Made by a program: the position numbers and the translations under genes. Shown in pieces: positions 9,057 through 17,228 of a DNA stretch of 34,329 nucleotides. This DNA comes from a virus (lineage: Duplodnaviria > Caudoviricetes): positions 1 through 34,329 of IMG/VR virus record IMGVR_UViG_3300022217_000232; one strand, written 5' to 3'. The notes beneath the pieces were generated by a model, which searched no databases, had not been told where the DNA came from, and saw only the letters and a list, made by a program, of their open reading frames with translations. Numbering within the stretch: the first letter of the stretch is position 1; each line of letters starts with the position of its first letter.

Positions 9057-9627
9057 CTTTTTCCTTATTCTTTAATATAAAATATATTGGATTATTTTTT
9101 AATTCGAATTCAATAGGATTAGGAGTATCTATTTGTATTTTAAAATCATCCATATTATTGCAGTATCTAAATATATTATTATTTATCCATTTATAAGAAT
9201 CCGCCCATATTTTATCATTATAGGTCCAAAATACTATAAATTGACCTTCTAGAGGCATTTCAAAAACTTCTTCATATATTGAATCAAACTTTTTTTCCAT
9301 ATTATCTTTTTCAACTTTTGGCCATAGTCTTTTCCATCCATTTTGATTGTGAATGATTTTTTCATAATCATTTAATGTTTTAATTGGATTATAAATAGTT
9401 TCATCTAACGAAATCATAGACATACTATCAGATTCTATAAAGTAATTTATAATATAAGGGTTATTATCATATAACCAAATTTCATTGACATTATTTGGAA
9501 CTATAATATTTTTAGATTTAGATTTATGATAAGGATACCATTCAAATTCAATAATTTCATTAAAAGGGACAATATCCATAGGACTTCCATCTCTTTTAAA
9601 AAAATATTGTAATATATTTTTTTGCAT
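9043..9627 (-). CDS. Hypothetical protein
   Basis: 194-aa ORF; may be two domains (second starting near MEKKF). Confidence 0.7.
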   Translation of the reverse strand: MQKNILQYFFKRDGSPMDIVPFNEIIEFEWYPYHKSKSKNIIVPNNVNEIWLYDNNPYIINYFIESDSMSMISLDETIYNPIKTLNDYEKIIHNQNGWKRLWPKVEKDNMEKKFDSIYEEVFEMPLEGQFIVFWTYNDKIWADSYKWINNNIFRYCNNMDDFKIQIDTPNPIEFELKNNPIYFILKNKEKDEIL

Positions 9628-9708
9628 TTATTTTAGCATATAATTTTTCCTTTTCTCTATTCTGTATCTTACCAGTTTTTTTAATAGCTTCTATTAATTT
9701 TTTCATTT

Positions 9709-10026
9709 TTAATCTCCTTCATATTCTATATTTTTTGTTCTAATAGAAAAAGTTCCGCCATGATTATATAAAGCATACCACTTTTCGTGATCACATCCTA
9801 CTATAATAAACAGTTTATTTAACCATCCATTTTTATGAATATCAGTATCATAATTCCCACCTATAGTAAGATCTTTAGCTTCTAAGTGTCCTAAAGCATC
9901 TAATTTAGTATTTGGAAAATTAGTCTTAACCCACTCTAATGCTACCTGTGGTGGTATATCAATTAAATGACTAAATCCATAATCATTTATATAACATCCC
10001 ATATATCCTAATTTTAATGTAGACAT
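9709..10026 (-). CDS. Hypothetical protein
   Basis: GGAGAGGAG RBS. Confidence 0.7.
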   Translation of the reverse strand: MSTLKLGYMGCYINDYGFSHLIDIPPQVALEWVKTNFPNTKLDALGHLEAKDLTIGGNYDTDIHKNGWLNKLFIIVGCDHEKWYALYNHGGTFSIRTKNIEYEGD

Positions 10027-10038
10027 ATACTCCTCTCC

Positions 10039-10221
10039 TTATATCATATTATCTTTTAATAGTTCTGATATTTCAACCGTTTTTTCATTACCACAACAAT
10101 CCTTTTCAGCATTGCTCTTAAAAATAAATATTTTAGCTTTTAGTAAATCATTAGTATATGCATCATGGCTTCCAGACAAACTAACAAATTTATTACCATT
10201 TATTCTTTGAATAACATACAT
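10039..10221 (-). CDS. Hypothetical protein
   Basis: GAGG RBS; YTNDLLKAKIF motif. Confidence 0.65.
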   Translation of the reverse strand: MYVIQRINGNKFVSLSGSHDAYTNDLLKAKIFIFKSNAEKDCCGNEKTVEISELLKDNMI

Positions 10222-10232
10222 AAAAATACCTC

Positions 10233-10565
10233 TTAAAAATTATTATTTTCTAAAGATTCAAAAATATATTCTTCAATTTTTTTAGTTAAAGAATCTAAAC
10301 TATATAAAATAGCTTTAATTTTATGTTGTACTTCAATTGATGGTAAAATAAATTTTACTCTTCTATCTGAATAAACTTCAACATCTCCAATTTCATAACT
10401 TTCAAGATAGTTACTCCCACGATCAATTCCCCTTTGTCCTTGAAATTCAAAGGGGCCAATGCCATCATTATCAATATAATAATCAGTAACTTCAAAATTT
10501 ATATGTAAGGATACTTCATTCAATTCAACATCATATTCGAAATATTTATTTAAAGTACCTTTCAT
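10233..10565 (-). CDS. Hypothetical protein (NDGIGPFEFQG motif)
   Basis: ORF track; GIG-x-[FY]-E-F-x-G motif common in phage small proteins. Confidence 0.7.
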   Translation of the reverse strand: MKGTLNKYFEYDVELNEVSLHINFEVTDYYIDNDGIGPFEFQGQRGIDRGSNYLESYEIGDVEVYSDRRVKFILPSIEVQHKIKAILYSLDSLTKKIEEYIFESLENNNF

Positions 10566-10992
10566 TTTTCAATTCTTTTTTTAGAGTAATGACAACTACA
10601 CATTTTTTCTTCTAGTACTGATAATAAAATATCTATCGCATTATAAACATCTTTTCTATATACTAAAAAATTATATTTACGCCAAATTAACATTTTTTCA
10701 TGGGTTCCAGATTTTCTAATTTCTTCAAATCCTATTTCTTTTAGCTTATTTATAGCATCTTGTTTATTGTAATCACAATTTTCACAATCATATTTTTGAA
10801 TAATATAAATGGAGTTTTAAAAATGGAAATAGAAGATTTTACATTTTCAATTATTATATGAATTTGATATCCTCTACCTTTCTTAACAATTTTATCTAAA
10901 ATATAAAGATTATTTTTAGAATATCTATAATCATATGATATTCTCTGATTTGAATAAAATAATTGACCTTTTTTTAAATCTTTAATTTCCAT
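10562..10992 (-). pseudogene. Hypothetical gene split by -1 frameshift at A5 (plus-strand T 10793-10797)
   Basis: Adding one A extends the ORF (FKKYDCENCDYNKQDAINKLKEIGF...) to a TGA overlapping the next ATG (ATGA at 10565-10562). Confidence 0.7.
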
Positions 10993-11194
10993 TAACTTCT
11001 ATTGTTGGCTTACTATTGTCTTTCTCCCATTGTTCAAAGGTTTCCAGATGTTTGGCATCAAATATACAGTCATAACATTGTGAATCGCAATGATGTATTT
11101 CCCATACCATATTACATAAATTAGTCTGCCTTTCCACCGGTGATCCTCCTACCTTGATCATTTCCGGCACCCTTTTCCCTTTATATGTATTCAT
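10982..11194 (-). CDS. Small Cys-rich protein
   Basis: C...HCDSQCYDCIF; GAGGA RBS. Confidence 0.65.
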   Translation of the reverse strand: MNTYKGKRVPEMIKVGGSPVERQTNLCNMVWEIHHCDSQCYDCIFDAKHLETFEQWEKDNSKPTIEVNGN

Positions 11195-11367
11195 TTTGAG
11201 TCCTCTCTTGGATCATCTTGATTCCACATTTGACCAATAAACGTCACGTACAGAGACCTAATCATCTCTGCCGTCAAACGACATCCAGTTCCCCTTTCAT
11301 GCGCTCTTCTCATTCTATTGAGAGCCTCTTGAGCAAGATCAAAACATTTATCATCTCTCTCTTCCAT
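11191..11367 (-). CDS. Hypothetical 58-aa protein (MEERDDKCFDLAQEALNRMRRAHERGTGCRLT...)
   Basis: Missed by ORF track; GGGAG RBS, ATGA overlap with next gene. Confidence 0.65.
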   Translation of the reverse strand: MEERDDKCFDLAQEALNRMRRAHERGTGCRLTAEMIRSLYVTFIGQMWNQDDPREDSK

Positions 11368-11596
11368 TATTCACGCTCCCTTCACTCAAATTTAAAAACT
11401 GGCCTACCGTTGACTCTCTCTCTCCTGTACTGTAAAATGTAACTATTTTCCCCTCTGGAACTTTTACAGCCTTTCTAGAATTTATGCTTAAATCAAGAGG
11501 AGGCAATATCGATACTTCAATTACGCCCCTGTCAAGTAAATATCTTGGCACGTCTTCAACTTTTTTCCATCCATTTAAGTCAAGAATTATTTCCAC
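11351..11596 (-). CDS. Hypothetical protein
   Basis: ORF track frame; start reassigned to GTG 11596 after AGGAG. Confidence 0.55.
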   Translation of the reverse strand: MEIILDLNGWKKVEDVPRYLLDRGVIEVSILPPLDLSINSRKAVKVPEGKIVTFYSTGERESTVGQFLNLSEGSVNNGRER

Positions 11597-11742
11597 TCGA
11601 AGTCTCCTGTCTGGGAGTTGTATTGAGCGCAATTATGCTCCACTATAGTTTTTTCATACCAATAATGCGTTGCCACTATTCCCAAGAAAAAACCAAACCC
11701 AAATAATAAAATTCCAACAGCTATTATTTTTTCTGTCTTCAT
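11587..11742 (-). CDS. Small single-pass membrane protein (...CAQYNSQTGDFEWK)
   Basis: Missed by ORF track; GAGGGAAGG RBS; N-terminal TM. Confidence 0.65.
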   Translation of the reverse strand: MKTEKIIAVGILLFGFGFFLGIVATHYWYEKTIVEHNCAQYNSQTGDFEWK

Positions 11743-11758
11743 CCTTCCCTCTCTTTAT

Positions 11759-11965
11759 TTAATTACCCAAGATATGAACCAGACATATGTATTCTTGCGC
11801 TCTCAGCTCCATAATCCTGTTTTCTATTTTTGTCTTTCTTTCAATAGACTTAATATATTCTTCAAGTTTATCGTAAGCAATGGTAGTCGGGAATATCCCA
11901 TACTCATCTGGATTATCCAGCATTTCACTTATTATATCGCATATTTTCTGCCGGTGATCATTCAT
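11759..11965 (-). CDS. Hypothetical protein (IISEMLDNPDEYGIFPT)
   Basis: Start reassigned to ATG 11965 after GGAGGGAGGG. Confidence 0.65.
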   Translation of the reverse strand: MNDHRQKICDIISEMLDNPDEYGIFPTTIAYDKLEEYIKSIERKTKIENRIMELRAQEYICLVHILGN

Positions 11966-12242
11966 CCCTCCCCTCCTTCTTGTATTCAAAGGTTAGTTTG
12001 CCTGATTTGCCTATAAGCTTTTTAAGACTTTCAACTTGCAGGCTTTCAGGAGCTATAAGAAGCCCCATTGATGTAACAGTCCAAGTATGTACATCTACCT
12101 CCACCCTTTCAATGTTATTGTCCTGCACCGGGGGATTAAAATACCCACATTCCATAGGACAACAACCATCGTTATGCTTACAGATTACATGGTGTATACA
12201 ATCCTCACGTTTTGGTAAAGTGTCCTCTTCAATAATATTCAT
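11958..12242 (-). CDS. Small Cys-rich hypothetical protein
   Basis: CIHHVIC...CCPMEC; GGGGAG RBS. Confidence 0.6.
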   Translation of the reverse strand: MNIIEEDTLPKREDCIHHVICKHNDGCCPMECGYFNPPVQDNNIERVEVDVHTWTVTSMGLLIAPESLQVESLKKLIGKSGKLTFEYKKEGRDE

Positions 12243-12245
12243 GGT

Positions 12246-12398
12246 TTAGTCTCCCCTTTCATTCTTGATATTATTAGCAATCAATATAAGTAGAATTGCA
12301 GTAGGCAGCTTCCAATCACCATCATGAATTATCCATAGCAATGCAAACCCTGGTGTACCGAATAATATAAATAAAAACCATGTTAAAAATCTATCCAT
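12246..12398 (-). CDS. Small two-TM membrane protein
   Basis: Missed by ORF track; MDRFLTWFLFILFGTPGFALLWII...; fills gap. Confidence 0.6.
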   Translation of the reverse strand: MDRFLTWFLFILFGTPGFALLWIIHDGDWKLPTAILLILIANNIKNERGD

Positions 12399-12401
12399 TA
12401 C

Positions 12402-12775
12402 TCACCCCCCCCTTTTAATTTTTAATATTCCACCCTCGCAAGGCAATGCACTATTAAATACCCTCACTATTTCAACAATATCGACATCATCCCAAGTTGC
12501 CGGACGTGAGACTTTTCCGGTGCCTTGGCACTTACAACAATGTTTCCAATAGCCATTTTCATTCATTTCACGGCTCACAAAATCTGAAGGGTAGCCATTC
12601 TTGCATCCACACTCTTCCTCAACAATCAATTTCGATATGTCAGGTAATAGGGAAAGGATTTTATAGGCTGCCTTCTCATGCCCCAATCTTCACCGTTGTC
12701 ATTTAAAATAGCGTCATCTTCTTTTTCTCGATATAAGTCCAATATTTTAATTATCTTCTCTCTAATCTCTTTCAT
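12402..12775 (-). pseudogene. Hypothetical gene with CxxCxGxG (DnaJ-type Zn finger) motif, split by -1 frameshift at G4 (plus-strand C 12681-12684)
   Basis: ATG 12775 with GAGGGAGGG RBS reads MKEIREKII...GEDW; one extra G joins it to GHEKAAYKILSLLP...CKCQGTG. Confidence 0.6.
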
Positions 12776-13082
12776 TATTTTCCCTCCCTCTTATTTCATC
12801 CTCTATTAAATTATGCCAACGGTCTAAACGATTACGGCGCTGCCCTGCTGTTTCCCTCCAATATTTTAAATCTTCACAATTACCGCCTTCGAATACAACC
12901 CAAGGACAAGCATAACAAACATGTCTTTCTTTTATTTCCTTTGCAACAAAACATAGAGGACATCGGCCAATGCCATGTCCTGGCACGAAGTTATCTTTAT
13001 ATGCATTATACCCTGCCCTTGTCTCCCGAATAGCCTCTTGCATCTGCCTTAATTCCGGCACTGTAAAATCAGATAGCTTCAT
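12762..13082 (-). CDS. Cys-rich hypothetical protein (CPLC...CYACPW)
   Basis: Start reassigned to ATG 13082 after GAGGGGAG. Confidence 0.65.
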   Translation of the reverse strand: MKLSDFTVPELRQMQEAIRETRAGYNAYKDNFVPGHGIGRCPLCFVAKEIKERHVCYACPWVVFEGGNCEDLKYWRETAGQRRNRLDRWHNLIEDEIRGRENNERD

Positions 13083-13314
13083 TACTTCTCCCCTCAAGAT
13101 CCGCGGCACATGAATTACAAAAATCAATACCAACTCCAGTTACATCGTTACCATCCCAATAACAACGATATTTTTTGCCGCATCCCGGACAAGTAAACGC
13201 TGGTTTCGGCCGCCAAAATGTAGGACAGTGAAATAATTTATGCCACCACCTTTTTAAAAAGCTCTTTTTATTTATAGAAATTATTCCAAAACTTGAACCA
13301 TCCGGTAACACCAT
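13069..13314 (-). CDS. Zinc-binding hypothetical protein (CPGC...CNSC)
   Basis: ORF track; GGGAGGGG RBS. Confidence 0.65.
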   Translation of the reverse strand: MVLPDGSSFGIISINKKSFLKRWWHKLFHCPTFWRPKPAFTCPGCGKKYRCYWDGNDVTGVGIDFCNSCAADLEGRSNEAI

Positions 13315-13324
13315 GATCCCCTCC

Positions 13325-13567
13325 CTAATTATTTAAACTAAACGCCTCTATTCCCCATTGGCCCAAACTAAATATATCAGCATTGGCCGGGACAAACTTA
13401 ACCAGTCCACGGGAAAGCATATATTTTATAGTTGTAAAATCATCACAATGCCTGCAAATACCATGCGTAACACCTGTTTGCTCCGCCATCAATCCGGGAA
13501 GGAATTCTTCCGCCTCACCTTTTACCCCTATTATTAATTTGCACCATACGCACACTCTTATAATCAT
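13325..13567 (-). CDS. Small zinc-binding protein (CxWC...THGICxxC)
   Basis: Paralogous to 7110..7331. Confidence 0.7.
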   Translation of the reverse strand: MIIRVCVWCKLIIGVKGEAEEFLPGLMAEQTGVTHGICRHCDDFTTIKYMLSRGLVKFVPANADIFSLGQWGIEAFSLNN

Positions 13568-13581
13568 GACGCCCCCCCTAA

Positions 13582-13851
13582 TTAAGTTTTATCGTCTACT
13601 GCCAAGCAAGCTTTAACCGTATTAACTGCACTTTGGAATGATTCTTTATATTATTTATTAATTTCGGCACCTACAGCCTTATTAATATTCTCTTGAGAAT
13701 TCATGAGGTCATTAGACATATTGACAAGCAATTCTCCCGTCTCTCTATTTCCAACTACATAAAAAGCACTCCCCACTGACTTTAACTCTAAAGCTATATT
13801 TATTATCAAATCAGTCTCTATTCTCATAGTTTTTAGATAATCATCCATCAC
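13582..13851 (-). pseudogene. Hypothetical gene with in-frame TAA at 13651-13653
   Basis: Frame continues after TAA (EINK*YKESFQSAVNTVKACLAVDDKT*) and ends against the next RBS. Confidence 0.55.
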
Positions 13852-13870
13852 CTTTCCCCTTTCCGTGTGC

Positions 13871-14104
13871 CTATTCAGCCTCTAAATCTTCAAAGCAATC
13901 CTTTTCACCAAACTTATAAAGTTCGGGGCCATAACCATCATTTAAATCGGCTTCCCAAAGCTCAAAGATTTCTCCATTGTAACTGCCTTCTGAGCTGACA
14001 TAGTTAATCAATGTTGCCTCACCCATAAAACTTCATTTCTCTCGTGTAAATGGTGCATCATAGATTCTTACTTTATCGCCTTTTTTAATGTTTAATCTTT
14101 TCAT
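13871..14104 (-). pseudogene. First early gene of the array, in-frame TGA at 14033-14035
   Basis: GGGAGG RBS, MKRLNIKKGDKVRIYDAPFTREK*SFMGEATLINY...DLEAE*. Confidence 0.55.
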
Positions 14105-14147
14105 TTTCTTACCTCCCTTTTCAATTTCCTTTTTATTATTTATTATA

Positions 14148-14176
14148 ATTATATTATATTATACATCTAATGTCAA
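14148..14176 (-). promoter_or_regulatory. sigma70-type early promoter, copy 3 (TTGACA-17-TATAAT)
   Basis: TTGACA 14176-14171, TATAAT 14153-14148. Confidence 0.9.
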
Positions 14177-14235
14177 GTAAATAATTATTTTTAATCATTT
14201 TAATATTATATAATATAGAAAGTCAAGATTTTAAC

Positions 14236-14272
14236 AAAAAAGAAGCCGATTAGAAATTAATCTAATCGGCTT
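14236..14272 (-). terminator. Intrinsic terminator after major capsid gene
   Basis: 12-bp stem AAGCCGATTAGA/TCTAATCGGCTT with minus-strand T-run. Confidence 0.85.
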
Positions 14273-14297
14273 AATTAATTAAATTTTAATGTTAAAC

Positions 14298-15467
14298 TTA
14301 AGCTATTGTACTACCACCAAAGTTAACATTGACTTTTCTGTAGTATTCAGTGCTGTTGATCAGATTGTCCACTACTCCGTAACGAGACATCATAGCCAAT
14401 ACCGGGATAAATGGGTTATCTTCTCTTACTGTTCTAGCCATTTGCAGTGGAACATATGGCAGATAAATAACACCACTTTGATCAAATCCAGGTCCTTTAT
14501 AGCCAATTGTTGCGTAGTCAGTTGCTGCGAAAGAATCTCTATAGACGGTAAATCTATTTTCTATCGTTCCTACTTTTGCAATTCCTGGTGATAAAGACAT
14601 TTGAGCACTATTAGTAGGTTGAATCATGAAGTTGCCAAGACTATCAAGCGCAGTAACTACTTTTGAAGAACAAATAATTATATTACCTGCTCCTGCTCTA
14701 GTACCAGTAGCAATTGCTTGAGCTTCATCTACGATTTTAGTGTAAAGATTTCTGAATTTTTCTGCTTCCCATTGACCGTCTCCAGCAGAAACAGTATAAG
14801 TAGAAGCATTATTATCAGCAAGCCCGTTGATTCTATCAACTAACTCTCTATCAATTTCTTGTTGAATCTCATATTGTAAGAATTCAACCATTCTAGCTTC
14901 AAGATCTTCACCATGCATTGCTCTCATATCTTGAGCAGCTTGAATGTTATATTCAGCAGCCATCATACGAGTTTCAGCTTCAACTGTTGTTTGCGCAATT
15001 TGCATTTTACCTCTTGGGATTTCTGCAGTTTGCACAGGATCTGATAAGTTAACATCAGTACCTGATCCCCAACGTTCAGAAGCTGTTGTTGGAACTGAAC
15101 CAGTATAATCTTTATCTACCGTATTATATCCAAGCTCAGTAACACCTTTCGTGTAATTACCTTTTGTAGTATCTGCATAAAATCTCATCGCAAATGCTTG
15201 TCCAACTGGGCCATTCATTGGCTGTACACCAACAATTTCATTAGCTAATAGATTTGGGAAGATTCTACGAGTTAATGGCATAAGAATCTTCTTATACTGA
15301 GCAATATCAGTAGAAAGAGTTGATTCATTTTGTATCATCCAATTGTGTTCATTTTCAAGTAATCTAGCAGTTACTCCTCTTGTGTGGTCATCAGCAATTT
15401 CACTTAATTTGAAATTTTTCTTTTCCCACTTATCAATCAATTGTTCTGTCATTAATCCATCATTCAT
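14298..15467 (-). CDS. gp23: Major capsid protein (T4 gp23-like)
   Basis: RRIFPNLLANEIVGVQPMNGPVGQAFAMR, AAQDMRAMHG, EIQQEIDRE, GYKG, YLPYVPL, MSRYG. Confidence 0.95.
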   Translation of the reverse strand: MNDGLMTEQLIDKWEKKNFKLSEIADDHTRGVTARLLENEHNWMIQNESTLSTDIAQYKKILMPLTRRIFPNLLANEIVGVQPMNGPVGQAFAMRFYADTTKGNYTKGVTELGYNTVDKDYTGSVPTTASERWGSGTDVNLSDPVQTAEIPRGKMQIAQTTVEAETRMMAAEYNIQAAQDMRAMHGEDLEARMVEFLQYEIQQEIDRELVDRINGLADNNASTYTVSAGDGQWEAEKFRNLYTKIVDEAQAIATGTRAGAGNIIICSSKVVTALDSLGNFMIQPTNSAQMSLSPGIAKVGTIENRFTVYRDSFAATDYATIGYKGPGFDQSGVIYLPYVPLQMARTVREDNPFIPVLAMMSRYGVVDNLINSTEYYRKVNVNFGGSTIA

Positions 15468-15533
15468 TGTTTTATTTTGTTTTCTTTTACTCCTTTTTTA
15501 TTTTTTATACTTATTTTAATTATATGTTTTATT

Positions 15534-15752
15534 TTACAATTTTTTCTGTACTAACTTTAATAATGCTTTACCATCTATTCTAGCTAATTTAGCATAATCT
15601 CTTACTATATCTTCTAATTTAATATTAACATCTTTCTTTTTAACATGTTTATATATTTCTATTACAAATTCCGACATATCTTCTAATGAAGATTTCACTT
15701 CCTCAATTACCTTCTTATTCAATTTCTTATTAATTTTATCTAATATATTCAT
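15534..15752 (-). CDS. Small head-module protein with shared N-terminal signal (MNILDKINKKLNKKVIEE)
   Basis: Start reassigned to second Met by similarity to four paralogous N-termini. Confidence 0.65.
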   Translation of the reverse strand: MNILDKINKKLNKKVIEEVKSSLEDMSEFVIEIYKHVKKKDVNIKLEDIVRDYAKLARIDGKALLKLVQKKL

Positions 15753-15765
15753 ATTAAAATCCATC

Positions 15766-16575
15766 TTACAGTAAGTGTTGCCCTAAACTATTTGGGTCTT
15801 CATCTTCTTCGACTAATGGAGTTTCTCCTGCTACACCTTCATCTAATACTAGTGTCTTATCGTCTCCATCATCTTCTTCTTTATTTTCAATTACAAGATC
15901 TCTAACTGTATCAAATTTTTCTTCGATTGTTTCAACTGAATCACCTTTGAAAATATTTTCAACTTTAGCAATTTGTTCTACAGTTAAACCTTCACATTTT
16001 TCTTTTAGAACATATTTTGCTAATAATTCTTCAGCTTTACTTTCAAGAGCAATCTTTTCAGATGTTGCTTTATTAACATCTTCTCTTAAAGTTTCAATTT
16101 CTTTCTTTGCTTCTTTTAGAACTTCATGAGCATCAGAATTAACTTCTACTCCTTTAGAACTAAATGTAGATCTAATACCTTCTACAATTGGTTCATAAAT
16201 AGCAACTTTAGCAGTAGCCTCTACTACTTCTTCAGGCACCAAAGATTCTAATTCTGATTCAAGAAAACTATCAAGTTTATCAACTAATTCAGATTTGTGT
16301 GCTTCCACTTCTTCTTTCACAGTTTTAAGAGTTACTTCTTTAATTTTCTTGATTTCTTCATTTTTAGCTTCAATAGTAGAATTAGCTTCATCTAATTTTT
16401 CTTGAATTGTTGCTTTTTCACCATCTTTTTCTTTTAATTCAATTTCATGTTTATCTTTTTCTTCTTGCACTATTGCATTGAAAGTTTCTTCTAACTGAGT
16501 CTTGAATTCATCAGTTAATTTTATTTCTTCATTTTCTTCAATTAATTTGAATAATTTTTTAGTTTTATTCTTCAT
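15766..16575 (-). CDS. gp22: Prohead core scaffold (T4 gp22-like)
   Basis: Acidic coiled coil, ELVDKLDSFLE, CEGLT; located between gp21 and gp23. Confidence 0.8.
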   Translation of the reverse strand: MKNKTKKLFKLIEENEEIKLTDEFKTQLEETFNAIVQEEKDKHEIELKEKDGEKATIQEKLDEANSTIEAKNEEIKKIKEVTLKTVKEEVEAHKSELVDKLDSFLESELESLVPEEVVEATAKVAIYEPIVEGIRSTFSSKGVEVNSDAHEVLKEAKKEIETLREDVNKATSEKIALESKAEELLAKYVLKEKCEGLTVEQIAKVENIFKGDSVETIEEKFDTVRDLVIENKEEDDGDDKTLVLDEGVAGETPLVEEDEDPNSLGQHLL

Positions 16576-16625
16576 TTTTACTCCTTAGATTTTAAAATCC
16601 TTTCATGTTTAATATTATTTTTAAT

Positions 16626-16633
16626 TATTTATA
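16626..16633 (-). promoter_or_regulatory. T4-type late promoter TATAAATA(ATTAAAAA)
   Basis: Upstream of gp22; same extended motif at 17086, 20217, 21915, 22497, 25178. Confidence 0.75.
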
Positions 16634-16679
16634 TAAACTATTTTTTACTTTAGTAATCTTTTACATAGTGTATTTATTT

Positions 16680-16997
16680 TTATAATTCCTTATCAATTTT
16701 TTGTATATAAAATTTTGTAATTTCTAAAATATCATCACTCATGTCATTTATTAATTTATTTATTTTTTTATTATCGATAATATTTAATAATGTTTTCGTA
16801 TTCATTTCCAAACCATTAATATTACCTATTAAAGAATTTTCAAATTTCTCCAAAAGTCTAGATATTTTATTTATTACTGCTAATTTTTTTGTGTTTTCGT
16901 TTAATATTATATTTATTTTTTCAGATATATTCTTTATTCCAACTCTACCTATTTTTGCTTCATTTAGCTTCTTATCTATCTTTTCTAGTATATCCAT
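16680..16997 (-). CDS. Small head-module protein with shared N-terminal signal (MDILEKIDKKLNE)
   Basis: AAGGAG RBS; internal second copy ISEKINIILNE. Confidence 0.7.
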   Translation of the reverse strand: MDILEKIDKKLNEAKIGRVGIKNISEKINIILNENTKKLAVINKISRLLEKFENSLIGNINGLEMNTKTLLNIIDNKKINKLINDMSDDILEITKFYIQKIDKEL

Positions 16998-17085
16998 TCT
17001 AATTTATTCTCCTTTCAACTCATTTAAGAAATTATTAATAGCTTTAGCCATTTCTTCTTTAAATGTGATATAATTTATTTTTAAT

Positions 17086-17093
17086 TATTTATA
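17086..17093 (-). promoter_or_regulatory. T4-type late promoter
   Basis: TATAAATAATTAAAAA upstream of 17051/16997. Confidence 0.7.
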
Positions 17094-17204
17094 TTTAAAA
17101 AAATTTACTTTTTAATCTTCTAATACAATTGTTTCAACTCATTCAATTTATCTATTCTTGACATATTAACTTTTGGTCTATTTTTTGATTTATTAAATTT
17201 ACTA

Positions 17205-17228
17205 AACAATTTAACAATTTAACAATTT
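17205..17228. repeat. 8-bp tandem repeat x3 (AACAATTT)
   Basis: 17205-17212, 17213-17220, 17221-17228. Confidence 0.9.

Noticed and set aside
11218-13616. Plus-strand ORFs 11218, 11774, 11980, 12497, 13383
   Set aside because: Antisense to a fully tiled minus-strand array with clear RBSs
15468-15495. Long (22-nt) spacing between AGGAG and the gp23 ATG as a special translation signal
   Set aside because: An unstructured A-rich leader is enough to explain it; no further evidence in the sequence
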